Made by a program: the position numbers and the translations under genes
Source of the DNA: Anthoceros angustus
Lineage: Eukaryota; Plantae; Anthocerotophyta
Assembly: GCA_010909165.1 (NCBI GenBank)
Contig: VJWM01000025.1
Coordinates: 3,162,001 to 3,226,000, forward strand
Length of the DNA stretch: 64,000 bases
Reading direction: 5' to 3'
Part shown: positions 23,130 to 35,169 of the stretch, one piece after another
Layout: each line of letters begins with the position of its first letter
Position numbering within the stretch: position 1 is the first letter of the stretch
Notes under the pieces: generated by a model
The model's database searches: none
What the model saw: the letters and a program-made list of their open reading frames with translations, nothing else
Told to the model about the DNA's origin: nothing

Positions 23130-25136
23130 GGGATAATGGGAGGTTTATGAAGTCAACCGTAAATACGAAGGAAGCCGACAAACTCAATTAAGACATGGCG
23201 GCTCATCGAGAGGAGCGAGCGACTCTTCGAGAGCAACGATGACACAATCAATGCATGGCGGCGGCATCAGCTGGCCACCACGACTACAAATGCAAGGCAA
23301 TCCAAGGTCCTCCTTGGATTGTTGATGTTTATCAACGAGGATAGCCAAACTGATCCAACATCTTTTGTCCAAGCTTCTCAAAGCAGTTTGTTGGTGCACT
23401 TGCTCATATTGCGGCAAGCCATTTTGCACTTCAACAATCCCCTATGGAGAGTAAGCTTGACAAGGAGAGTTCCAGACACTGAAGGGTTGGAATTCAGCTC
23501 ACAATTCAGGTGGAACATTGCAAGAAGGACCCAGGTTGCTGACGTTAGAGTAGTGGCAACACAGTCCACATAAGCTCATGGTTAATTCAGGTGATAGAGT
23601 TGTAGATCACTCGTTGCTATCATATTTAGGACACTCTATTGCTGAACTTACTGCACTGGCAGAATTGGAACCGTCTTACCTGTAGCAGAGGCTTTGGATT
23701 GAGATGATTGACAACTTAGCTTGCCTAGTTGATTGGACTAAGGAGGGAGCTATAAGGTCGACTAATTTTGACAGCATGCCTTACATAGTGTCACGTAGTC
23801 GAAGGGATTGAAGAATGATGGTGTTTTTGCCATTTAGCTCGACAAACGAAATAACTCTTATGTAGGAACTTCGTAGTCTCGTTGCTCAGTCACCCTCGAT
23901 TCACAGAATAGGCAGACAGTTTGAGTGGAGTTAGAGTCTCATTCATACCATAGACTTTGAGGATAGGTACAATGGTGCAAGTATGGAGTATGAACAAGCT
24001 CCAAGCAAGAATGATGTGTTTACTGGAAGGCATGGTAGCATGTCGCTTGGTGACTTTGAGGAGAAGTTCATGTAAAGCTAGACGGGGTCAAGGAGATGGT
24101 GTGAAGCTTGCTGCAGAAGTGGTACGGATCCTAGTAAGGGAGGTACAGCTGGTGAATCTTGCATGTTGGTACTTGCAGGAAAACGTTTAGCTTCTCACCT
24201 ACTAGTTGAGTAGCGAATTTATCATTGATGCGGTGCAAACCGGGTCATGCTCATCGTGTTCAAAGCTTTTGGACAAATGTCGCTAGTCTTGAAGTGCTCA
24301 GACGACATCAAAACTCGACTATGCCACAGCGTAGATGAATTGACGAAATATTTGAAGAAGGGTGGCAAGCGCAACAGGTATGAAAGATGGACCAATTGCC
24401 ACACTTTCCTATCAACATGGAGGGTGAACCGAGACGGGCCTGGTCGACACTTGTAAGTACTGCACAATCATTTACTTTTCGTCAAGGAGGTGATGCCATG
24501 GTGCTGAGTAAGAAAGGCGACAAGGTTGGTGAACCCATGATTTCAGAACGTAAACAAGCCATGGGGTTTGATGCATGCGCTACCAACACGCCTCGTGTTT
24601 TTGAGGCATTCAGGTGTAAAATCATTGGACAGGCTTTTGATTTGCATTGCTTGCAGTGGTTGGTCAACGTGGGGCTTGCTACACAACTGATGACTTGCCA
24701 TGAAGAGGGAAATGCTTACAGGTGCATGAAGAAGGAAGCCAATTTCTAGTAAAAGAGGAAGCATGCCTGGAAGGCATGCATCCACGCGCAAAGTGACAAG
24801 GCTAGAAAGTCATAACATGTTTGGCAGATATGTGGTGACTTGGAAGAACAGGATCAGCAGAAGATCTGCAATATGCTGGAAAAAAATCATGATGTGTTTG
24901 CGTTCAATTAGGGAGAGTTAGGTTGGTATGACCAAGTAAAGTTTAAGATCGATACCACTACTAATAAGCCCATGTGTAGAAGGAGGCACAAGTTAAGTCC
25001 CATAGAATGGGAAATTATTGACAAGTGGTGCAAGGAGCTGGCTGCAACTGGATTGATCGGAGAATCCAGTTCTCAATATGCTGCAGCGACTGTGCTGCCA
25101 TTCAAAAAGAATGAGAATGGTGAATGGAAGGACAGA
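23130..25136 (+). mobile_element. Degenerate Ty3/gypsy gag-pol remnant, truncated at the RT N-terminus
   Basis: 24870-25136 translates to HDVFAFN*GELGWYDQVKFKIDTTTNKPMCRRRHKLSPIEWEIIDKWCKELAATGLIGESSSQYAAATVLPFKKNENGEWKDR, the typical gypsy pre-RT/RT start. A CSYCGKPF knuckle-like stretch lies near 23400; many stops. Confidence 0.8.
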
Positions 25137-28100
25137 TGTTCCTAATCGTGCTCATCGATACTTCTGTGGTGCGACTTTCGCTGACGGCCAGCCGAGCGCG
25201 CACAATCCCGTGTCGTTGTAGCAAGGGGTCCGTTCCCAAGAGAATGATAGGCTTCGTTTGACACGTTTTCGACCGATTCTTACCCCACGTCGTGACCGTT
25301 CGGACCCGAGCGTGCACGTGCACGGTTCTACGACTAACCACTCTTAACGTTCACCAAACAGGCCCGGTGTGGCCAAACGGTTAAGGACTCTTTTCTGCAT
25401 TCGGTCGGCCTCATCCGTCTAGTCCGTTCTTCTCACCCCTCTCAATACACTCATCGTTCTTGGAAAAAGAGTGGGTGGGCTGCGTGGTTCGAACCTCCTT
25501 CGTCGTTCCGCCGGGCCTCTTCGTCAAGGCTCTTCACGCCCTCCCAGAGTTCCCCAGCTCACGCGTTCCGGTCCGTCTGACGTCGGGCCGCCGCTCTGGA
25601 CGAGCAAGGGTCCCCGATCGTCCACCCGGAATCCCGTCAGGTTGGGCTACCGGCGGCGGTCTGACAACCGCGGTAACCACCACATCCTCCTCTCCTGGCC
25701 CCCGAGTGGGTCCCCGCCCTATAGGGTCACCAGGTGGTTGCTCCGCCTGAGCCAGCTGTCGGTGACTTCCTCTCTCCTCCTGAGTCCAGACCTCGGGGTC
25801 CGGTCTCGACTCCGGGGTCCGAACTTCAAGGATCGGCCTTATGTCTGGAGTCCGGACCTCAAGGTCCGGTCTCGTCTCTGGGGTTCGGACCTCGGGGTCC
25901 GAACTTATTACCGGGGGTCGGACCTCCCGTCTCGGACTTCCCGGTTCTTGGACTTCTGGGGGTCCATGCCCACTCATCGGACCCCCCTCCTGGCTCAGGT
26001 CCCGCTGGTCCCCTCCCTCTCTACCCCCTTCGAGGTCCTCGTTCCTATTCTCCCCAGAGGGTTGCGGCTGGCTTACCTCATGCCCTGCCACGTCGACCGC
26101 GTTCTGCTCCTCCTGAGGTTCCTCTCCTCCGCTGCCGTCATCCTCGAACAACGCCACCAAGGCCCCGGTGCTGTCCCCGTGCCCTTTTTCTCCTCCCACT
26201 CCTTCTGACCCCTCCGAAGGTCCGTCCAATTGTCGCGGGTGACGCGAAGCTTCCAAAGCCTTGAGGAGCTCAGCGTGGTAGTAGGCAAAATCCGAGTCGA
26301 TTTGCTGGATTGCCTCTTCCACATGCGCCCGGAGCACCCGATACTCTCTTCGCCATAGGTGCTCCGGCAGCTGAGCATGCTGCCCGGCTTGCTGGCCCGT
26401 TTCCATCGCCAGGTTCGTTAGTTGGAGCCGGGCAGAATCTCGCGAGGCCACTAGGGAGGCCTCTTACTTCCTGCAGCCGCCGCTGCTGCTCCACCTGCTC
26501 CAGCTCCCTTCGTTTCCGCACCTCAGCCAGTTTCCCTGCCATGGCGCAGCGTTCCCCCTCCGCCTTCCTCAACTGGACCAGTAGCTTCTTTTCTGCGTCC
26601 AAGGCCCTTGCTCCTCCATTCATCCTGGCCTGAAGCTCCGCCATCTCCCTTCCCAGGCGGTCCGGCAACTCCGCCCGGTTCCTTGCTTCGTCCAGGTCCT
26701 GCTCCATTTCGGCGACATCCTGCTCCTTGTTCCATCGCCTCACCTCCTTCGTCCTCGAGCAGAGCTGGAGCCGAGCTATCTCCCGCTCGTGGTTCGCGAT
26801 CACTCCCTGGAGGGCTCCATGCCGCTCGACCGTGTCTTGGAGCTGTAGCTCCAAGGTCTCCTTGCGGTCCTCCATCTCCTGCCGCCGTTCCTCCCCTCCA
26901 CGCACTAAGCCCGAAGATCCTCCATCTCACAGTGCGCCTCCTTCTCTTACGACTTGCATGCCTGCTCCACCGCCTCCACCGCTCTTGCCGGAGCGCGGCT
27001 GTCCCCTCTCCCTCCACCGGCTTGGTGTTGTTCTGCCGAGCCGCCTCGGCCCAAGTCTCGAGCCTGTCACTTTGTCTTGAGCTTCCTCCAACTCTCCTGC
27101 GCCGCTTCTCGCCGCCTGCAGAGGTCCTCTGCTCGGGCTTGGGCCTCCTGCGCCTGCTTCAGCTGTTCCCACAGCTGGAGGATCTTGGTCCGGTCTTCCT
27201 GAACAGACCAGACCTCCCGCTCCGCTTCCCGACACTTTCCCTCCTCGATTCGAGCGAGGGACTCCGCCTTCTTCTTGGCCGCTTGGGCCGCCTCCACCTG
27301 CTCCTGGAGGAGCACCATGCGCCTCCTGGTGGCCTCTACTTCTTGGGTCTTCTCTACCGTCCCGCAGAGACCCCAGAGCATACCGTCTGCGGTCCGGAGT
27401 GACTCCGGACTTGGCTCTCCGGACCTGATAAGGATCCTCAGGTCCTGAGTGTCCGGGTCTAGTCCTTCGATCTCCTTGGCCCGTTTGGCCGCTAACTCCT
27501 TCTCCGCCCGCCTTCGTTTGGGGCTCGGAGGTGGGAGGGGTCCTAGGCTTCGTTTCCTCACAGCCGGAGACAGGGGCCAGCTCGGTGGTTGCGCGACCTC
27601 CTGCGCCTTGGGCGGCGTCCCGCTCCGCTCTTCTCACGGCTTCCTCCGCCTCCTGCCACTCCGTAGGTAGGGGCGAGGCCAGTATGCCTTGGCGCCGTTG
27701 GCGGGAGGCTGTTCCGCCTCTTACGACTCTCCTCGTCGGCGTGGCTCCGCCGGGTTGTGGTGGGTTCTTTGGTGGTGGGCGTGGCCGGCCACCGCCTCCC
27801 TTCCCGTGGTGCTCCGTCCGTCGCGGGGCCTCGCTCGGAACCGAGAGGGAGGCAGAATATCCTCCCATACCTCCCGTGCGGCGAGGGGGTCCGCTTCGAT
27901 CGAATGGAACTGGGATCCTCGTGTCCGAGTGTCCGGTCTAGTCCTTCGATCTCCTTGGCCTGCTTTGGCGTCCTTCTCCGCCCGCCGTTTGGGGCTCGGA
28001 GGTGGGAGGGGTCCTGAACCGTTTCCCCTTCCCGAGACAGGGCGGGCTGATGTGGTTGCCATGACCTCCTGCGCCTTGGCGTCCCGCTCTTCTCTTCCTC

Positions 28101-28775
28101 CGCCTCCGCCACTCCGTAGGTAGGGGCGAGCCAGAGTGCTCCTTGGCGCCTGGCGGGAGGCTGCCCTCTTACGACTCTCCTCGCCGGCGTGGCTCCGCCG
28201 GGTTGTGGTGGTCACTTTGGTGGGCGCCGCCAAAGACACTCCTTCCCGTGGTGCCTGTCGTCGCCGCATGGGCCTCGCTCGGAACGAGAGGAGGGAGGCA
28301 GGAATATCCTCCCATACCTCCCGGTGCGGCGAGGGGGTCCGTTCCAGTCGAATGGAATCCGGGATCCCTTCCCAATCGTCCTCCCTTCCCGGGCCCGTTT
28401 GGCCTTAGGAGGTCGGACCTCCGCCTCTTGCGCCTTCGCTCCTTCCCGCCTCCACACCGTAGGGGGCCCGTCGCCCCTTGGAGCGCCGCTCCTCTTCTCC
28501 CTCCTTCAGGAGGTTGAGGTGTCCCCATACATGGATGAGGAAGGGTGATAGTGCTGACGGAGGCGGCTTCTCACTCCTTAGCTTCCTGGCCTCCTGGTTG
28601 ACTCGTGGGGTCCAGACTTACCCCGGCACTCCGGAGTGTGGTCCGGAGTCCTTCGGCCTACTCCGGAGTACTCCGGACTTATTTCTTCCTTTCCGCCTTA
28701 TTTTTCACTCCGCGCCTACGAAAAAAAACAAAACCTAACTCATTTCCTACCCCAGGGGAGAGTCCGTGGTCCACA
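25137..28775 (-). mobile_element. GC-rich inserted element (TG...CA ends) carrying a frameshifted coiled-coil ORF
   Basis: Sharp GC jump at both ends. Begins tgttcc exactly where gypsy RT homology stops and ends ggtccaca where the transposase-like homology starts. Minus frames give E/K/R/Q heptad-rich peptides; internal ~470-bp duplication (27440-28400). No pol domains and no TSD. Confidence 0.6.
25792..25923 (-). repeat. 33-bp x4 in-frame repeat (EVRTPETRPDL-like)
   Basis: Units at 25792, 25825, 25858 and 25891 encode an 11-aa repeat in the 25534-26451 minus frame. Confidence 0.8.
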
Positions 28776-29856
28776 ACTTCACATAGCGGATTCCAGAGCT
28801 TTCGCACTGACTCTTATACAAGGTCCATATTTCCAACTTTGTGTATGTGTCAGGGAGATTGAACACTTCCAAATTGGGAAGCCGCTCGGCCATAAACAAA
28901 AAAGCCTTGTCCATCCAAGATATGGTTTCAAGCGCCCTCCTGTGCCCAACATATTACACTCCTCTGAAGGCCTTCAAGCATCAGTGCATAGGAGTCGCCC
29001 CCATGACATGTGTGACCACTTTCACCCTATCACCCTAAACTCCATCCGGCTGAACCAGGGACTGAAGAAATGTCTCGTGTTCCTGCCTCCCCATCCGAAG
29101 GAAGCGGTACCGCTGCTCCTGAAATCACTCTTTAGTCAGCTTCAGCAAACACATTTGGTTGCAACCAGGGTTTCTAAAATCCGCTGTCATTATGTCCCCT
29201 TCATTTTTATTCAATGACACTCCAGCAGCGCGTCTCCGTCGAGATACAACAACTGCCTCTGTTGGGGCCTGCCAAGTCTCATTCAAAGGCTTCGGATGGA
29301 AAGAACGATACACATCCGGTGTCTGGAAGTCGTCCACGTCCTCTTCGTCCCCAATGGGCCCTTCATGAACTGGTGAGTGCAAGCGACCAACATCAACTGC
29401 ATGAAACAAGCCCCGACGTGCAATCGTCAACCCATCTCCCCGGGGAACGTCATTCACACTTGTTGCACTAGAATCTGGACAGCATTTAGATGGGCTTCCC
29501 TCCAAAGCAGCGTAAAGATGCAAATTCCTAGGTGTCGTGGGCACACCCCACGGGATACTTGGCGATGCCAAATGTCGACGTCTGCGTCTGGTGTTTGCAT
29601 GACCAATATTGAAACATCTCACATGGATCACACCATACGGACTCTCACAACCAACAATATCAATTCCCATACGAAGGGAACAAATCAAACCTTCGTCATG
29701 GAAACCACCTTCGGGAATGGGAAAGCGAACATGACGCGGAGGGAGAGGTGCAGTTGCTGTGGCATCCTGTACAGCTAGCCTCTTCCCTTTTCTAACTTCA
29801 TCAGAAGCCCTCACACATTGCGAAGGCATTCCTTGTTCCAACGCTTCATCCTGCAC
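28776..29856 (-). pseudogene. Decayed transposase-like gene (N-terminal half), truncated by the GC-rich insertion
   Basis: A single minus frame with four stops reads GCNQMCLLKLTKE*FQEQRYRFL...TISWMDKAFLFMAERLPNLEVFNLPDTYTKLEIWTLYKSQCESSGIRYVK. This resembles the W..Y/F....D.MP....hLP motif of DUF7869-type transposase-like proteins (recalled, not searched). Confidence 0.5.
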
Positions 29857-30743
29857 GCCGATCCATTGGCTTCAATCAAATGCAACAAACAACATAGACT
29901 AGGAATAGTATGTGAGCCTTGCAAAAGATAAGAACTCCAACCTCCTCTCCTTCCGGCGTGTGGGTTAGGTTCAATATTGCATGCCTACGGCTAGTGGAGA
30001 ACCTCGACTTTGAGGGCCCTGGTAGTGTGAAAAGAAGACGCCGGCAGGCGGAAGAGGCCTGCCTTAGCAGACCTTGAGCGACGAGGATGATCGAAAAGGA
30101 AGACGCATGCAAACGGCGGCTACATGCCTTGAAAGGCCTAGAGCGAAGAGGGAGAGCACCTTATTTTGCCAACTAATTACTCAAACATGATTGAGTATCC
30201 ACAAGAGATCTCCAACGATAAATCACGCCGTCATTCCTTTTTATTGACGTAAATTAATGTGCCACATCTAGCCATCACCAAAGACAGTGTGATTATGGGT
30301 CAGTCAGAGTTAAAATTTGGGCATGTGTAAATATGGTGTCCTACGCTAATTCAGCCGCGTTTTGGGCTATAAAGGTATCGGGGCAAGGAAACCCTACTAA
30401 CCCAATGTTAAAGTTTTGTTTCGGCAGTTCGCGTTATGGTGTGGCGTGCTTGCACGTAAGTCCACTCTAGTAGAAGTAACGGCCGGCTTGCTTGCAGCTT
30501 TGTTTGCTCGCTGATTTCAAGCACAGTTCAGATGCAATCTCAGGCATCCGAGCTTCGTGGCAACGCGCTCTAGAGCGAAGAGCAGCCCTCGTCAGTTGAT
30601 TTGGAGTTAAGAGGCAGCGCAAGACATTCTTCAAGTGTGCTAGGCAGCAGCTATTGTGAGAGAGGTCCGTCTTTCATCCTTGTAGTCGATTTTGAACATC
30701 CGCGCCATTGTGTGTTGTGCTTAATGTTTGTAGGTTTGTTTGC

Positions 30744-31315
30744 ATGAAGATGGCAAGCAGGAGGAGGAGCAAGAGGAACCAGGCAGACCTAGTCGCCGAT
30801 CCACCAGCGCCGCCTAAGAAGCCAAAGAAAACCGAGGCTGCAAACAAGGCAAAGATGGTAGCTCCCACCGGAACGGAATTGTTCAAGGTGCAACTTACTA
30901 GGTCTGCACATGAAGGCACTTTGCCAATGCAATCGGCACACCCTGCATGTGTGGGAGGGCATATTGCCTTTGCGGAGGCAAAATCTGGGAGCATGTCTTC
31001 AGGGAAGAGTAGCAGAACAAAGGCTGGTGGCAGACAAGGTGAGAAGGTTGTGAAAAGTACCAAGCAACCCATGCCCGTGCCAATTCCTTCTCCATTCAGC
31101 TACAAGGAGACGATGCTCATCCGACGAATTGGTGGCCAGATTGACCCTGTTGTTATTGTGGACAAGGATTGGATGCTCGTCCAAGATCCACATCCAGATG
31201 AGGAAAGTGTGTCATGGACGCCATTGCTGAAACTGTGGATAATGGGGTACGGGGGGCTTTGCCCAGTCAAAGAGTTAGAGCTGGTTGGATTATATGGGCA
31301 AAAATGGACATCAAT
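30744..31315 (+). pseudogene. Basic N-terminal ORF of unknown function, interrupted by TIR element
   Basis: MKMASRRRSKRNQADLVADPPAPPKKPKK... ORF runs into the left TIR at 31316; divergent from the transposase-like gene. Confidence 0.4.
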
Positions 31316-32189
31316 CAAGGTAAACTTGGGCTCTCCCTCATTATGAGGGAGAGCCCAAAACACGATAATTTTTGAAGGGGGATATCGGCCCCTTGGTAGA
31401 AAGACCCCTTGTTACGAAGAACACCTTTCCTAGAACAGCATATGTGCCCTACTTTGATAATGCACACACCTTTACGAGGTCATACCTTTGATAAAAGATG
31501 CACTTTCAAGTCTACACCAACTGGAGCACAATAGGGTGTGGGCCCGTCTGCGTTTTGTAGAATGCATAGAGGGCTGCCATTTTCATATGTTTATTACAAC
31601 CGAAAACTTTTACTTTCAAGTGGTGGAACACAATGAAAACAATCTTGTACTAGCGAGTCTTATTTCAATGGTCGTGAGAACATTGCAACAAACAAGCTAA
31701 AGGAGGAAGTGGTCATCGGCATCGACAATAGTCATTCAAGAGTGCGGCTGGCGACTCATCCATGCCTTGCGCGGAGTCAAGTACCACCGCCATATTCGAG
31801 GCGGTCCATATCCTCCGCCTCGAAGTTGTCGTTCTCCTCCATTGCTTGCTCGTCTTCAATAGTACCATTCTTGGGCCCGTCCAGTGTCGGCCACCACGGC
31901 ATCTAGCATCTGCGACCCTCATCCAAAAGGTCGCCGTCGTGGTCTTCAACCTTCGGCACTCAATGCAACCACTTGGGCTTTAAGGCAATGCTAGCGTCCT
32001 TAAAATGAACAAAGTTAGTTGCCCATGCGCCCATGCAAGCATCCTTAAAATCAACAAAATTGAGTTGTTAGGAAGATACGGGTTTGAACACAACCTATTC
32101 ATTACTACACTTATTTCCCAAACACTAGACCAACAATCCCAAGTTGCAACTCTCTTGAGGCGCTAAATATATATTTTCTTGAAGACAGC

Positions 32190-32570
32190 CTATGAGGAGG
32201 GCGCCGGCCGGCCAGCGCCCATGGGTGGCGTGTGCTAGGGAGGCGCCGGCCGGCGCCCATGGGGGCGTGTGGGGGGGCGCCGGCCGGCCGGCGCCCATGG
32301 GTGGGGGCGGCGCGGCCATGGGCGGTGCTAGGGAGGCGGCGGCGGTGCCCATGGGCGTGTGCTAGGGGCGCCGGCCGGCCGCGGGTGCTAGGGAGGCGCC
32401 GCCGGCCGGCGCCATGGGCGGTGTGCTAGGGGGGCCGGCGCCCATGGCGGCGGCGTGTTGGCGCGGCCGGCGCCCATGGGCGTGTGCTAGGGGCGCCGGC
32501 CGCGCCATGGCAGTGTGCTAGGGAGGCGCCGGCCGGCCGGGCATCTTGGGGCGCCGGCCGGCCGGCGCCC
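32190..32570. repeat. GC-rich degenerate tandem array (~35-40 bp, ~9 copies)
   Basis: Recurring gtgctagggaggcgccggccggcgcccatgggc; rich in GGCGCC, GGCCGGCC and CCATGG palindromes. Confidence 0.85.
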
Positions 32571-32717
32571 TCCTCATCCTCCGGTGCATGCGGGTGAAGC
32601 TAGGGGGACAAGAAGGGCAGCGGTATCCTATCACCGATGGAAGGTGTGGCCCATTTGCGGGAAGGGTTAAAAGATTTGCGTCCATAAGTGATTGAAGAGT
32701 ACAAGTGGTGGGAAGCC

Positions 32718-34575
32718 TTTTGGGTGGACCGGAAGGAGATTGCTATCATTGTGGAGAATAACATTGGGCTAGTGCTACAGCGTCCTTGGAAGTGGTTTTC
32801 ACGTGCAGAAGTGGATCATACATGACCACTTCAAGTGCGGATGAAGCTTTGCTAGATGAGGCATTATTGAGGACCTCCCACGGCGTGATATGTAGGGGCA
32901 TATCAAAATGCGGAAGGCAAGCTGGGAAATGGCACGGATGAATGGGGACATAACGGAAATCAGAGGGATGTTTACGGCGGTGCCGTGCAATACGGACACG
33001 CATACTAGGCCATTACGGATTGGGAGGTCATTGGCGTGAAGCTAAGCGCTGACCTCACTTTCTTATCCACTATCGGACCGAGCACATAGATGCGTATGAA
33101 GGAGATATGTGCGAGAATACATAGTCCGCCAGAGTGGTAACCCATCGGTCCAATCGAGGAAAAAGGGAATAAGGTCCATTACCTAAAAACATACAGGAGG
33201 TATTTGTAGATGAAACAGTCATCTATTATGGGTTTGTGTTGAGCACGGAAACATCATGCGGTGGACAAAAAGCGATAAGGGATAAGCTCTGCGAGTTGCG
33301 TGGCTTCATACAACTGCGAGTCAAAGTGTCATCAAGATAGTGATGACAATGGAGGAGAATTTGGACCAAGTGATGACGATGGATTGAACTACGGGGATGA
33401 GTGAAAGAAATCTCGTTTTCCGGGGTCCCGAGTTAATGTTGTAAGTCCGGTTCTTGATGTTTACGTGTTAGGAAATACCTGCGTGGCTTTTGTGGTGTCA
33501 TAACAAAACCACATTTCCATCCCAAAAGCGAGTTCTGATCGTCCACCGGCGAGCGGCCTTCCTCACCGTTCCTACTTTGCATCATTCCCTAGGTTCGAGT
33601 TTGCGACCACCATTCGACACAAACATTCTTTGGATGGAAAGTAGTAACTTCTTTGGGTGGACCGGAAGGAGATTGCTATCATTGTGGAGAATAACATTGG
33701 GCTAGTGCTAGTCATTCTTGGAAGTGGTTTTCACGTGTAGAAGTGGATCATACACACCACCACTTCAAGTGCGGATGAAGCTTTGCTAGATGAGGCATTA
33801 TTGAGGGACCTCCCACGCGATATGTATTTGGGGCATATCAAAATGCGGAAGGCAATCGTGGGAAATGGCACGGATGAATGGGGACATAACGGAACCGAGA
33901 GGGATGTTTCCGCGCTGCAATACGGACACGCATACAGCCATTCGGATTGGGAGGTCATTGACGTGAAGCTAAACGCACCACGACCTCACTTTCTTATCCA
34001 CTAGTATCGGACCGAGCACATAGATGCGTATGAAGGAGATATGTGCAGAACACATAGTCCGCCAGAGTGGTAACCCATCCGTCCAATGCCGAGGAAAAAG
34101 GGAATAAGATCCATTACCTAAAAACATACAGAGGTATTTGTGAATGAAATACCATCCCAGACATGGGTTTGTGTTGAACGACGGAAACATCATGCGGTGG
34201 ACAAAAAGCGATAAGGGATAAGCTCTGCGAGTTGCGTGGCTTCATACAACCCGCAGTGAAAGTGTCAAGATAGTGATGACAATGCAGGAGAAGTCGACCA
34301 AGTGATGACGATGGATTGAACTCGGGATGAGTGAAACTGAAATCTGCTTTTTCCCGGGTCCCAGTTAATGTTGTAAGTCCGGCTGATGTTTCGTGTTAGG
34401 AAATACCGTCCGTGGCTTTTGTGGTGTCATAACAAAACCACATTTCCATCCCAAAATCGAGTTTACTGCCCCGCCCGGCAGAACGGCCTCACCGCTCCTA
34501 CTTTGCATCATTCCCTAGGTTCGAGTTTCATACCACCATTCGACACAAACATTGCCGGATGGAAAGTAGTAACTC
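32718..34575. repeat. Tandem duplication, ~933-bp period, 2 copies, inside the TIR element
   Basis: gggtggaccggaaggagattgctatcattgtggagaataacattgggctagtgcta at 32722 and 33655; homology continues to ~34575. Confidence 0.9.
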
Positions 34576-35169
34576 GGTGACACCTTTTTTCGAGCTTTTT
34601 CCGAATGCCTTCAAAGCCTTTTAGGGCCCATCAAAAACCCCCTTCAGAGATTATTTGCGGAAAACCCCCTTCGAGATTATTAACCCCCTTCAAAAATTAT
34701 CGTGTTCCAAGTTTACCTTGTTTTGCACCACCAAGCCATATGAGTTCGAGGTAGTAATCCAAGACCCTGATGTGTATAGGTTGTAAGTTCTCAGTCTGAG
34801 AGGGTTTCACTCCATGAAATGTGCACCTCAATCATTTGTCGAAGAAATCTGCGACTGCATGCACCTACACACTGTAAGTTGTCTGAAATGACAGTCTTGT
34901 TGGTTGCACTGTGACTTTAATGAATGACCCATCTTTCGGTTTTTCGTTTGCAGCTACCCTTAGTCGGAAGGGCACTCATCACGGCTTTCTGTGGGAAGAT
35001 TACAGAGACAATTGTGGACCATAGAAGGGAGGTGTCCATGAGACGGGTGAGAGCAGCAATGTAGAGAAGTAATGAAGAGGCAGAAAGTTCGGAGCCGAAG
35101 ATTCCAGAAATATAGCTCTCGCTCGTGGGAAACTAGCATGCCCTATATGGCATAGGGAGATGTCTCTTA

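Larger units (their letters stand above)
31316..34720. mobile_element. Non-autonomous TIR DNA transposon, 37-bp TIRs starting CAAGGTAAACTTGG
   Basis: Left caaggtaaacttgg[29-nt insert]aacacgataatttttgaaggggg; right 34684-34720 cccccttcaaaaattatcgtgttccaagtttaccttg is its exact reverse complement. ccccttc subterminal repeats at both ends. Confidence 0.85.

Noticed and set aside
28950-29130. U-to-C RNA editing rescuing stop codons
   Set aside because: Such editing is organellar; this is nuclear TE sequence, and DNA deamination is the simpler explanation.
33575-33612. tRNA-like GGTTCGAGT...ACCA
   Set aside because: T-stem does not pair and no cloverleaf; lies within a TE duplication.
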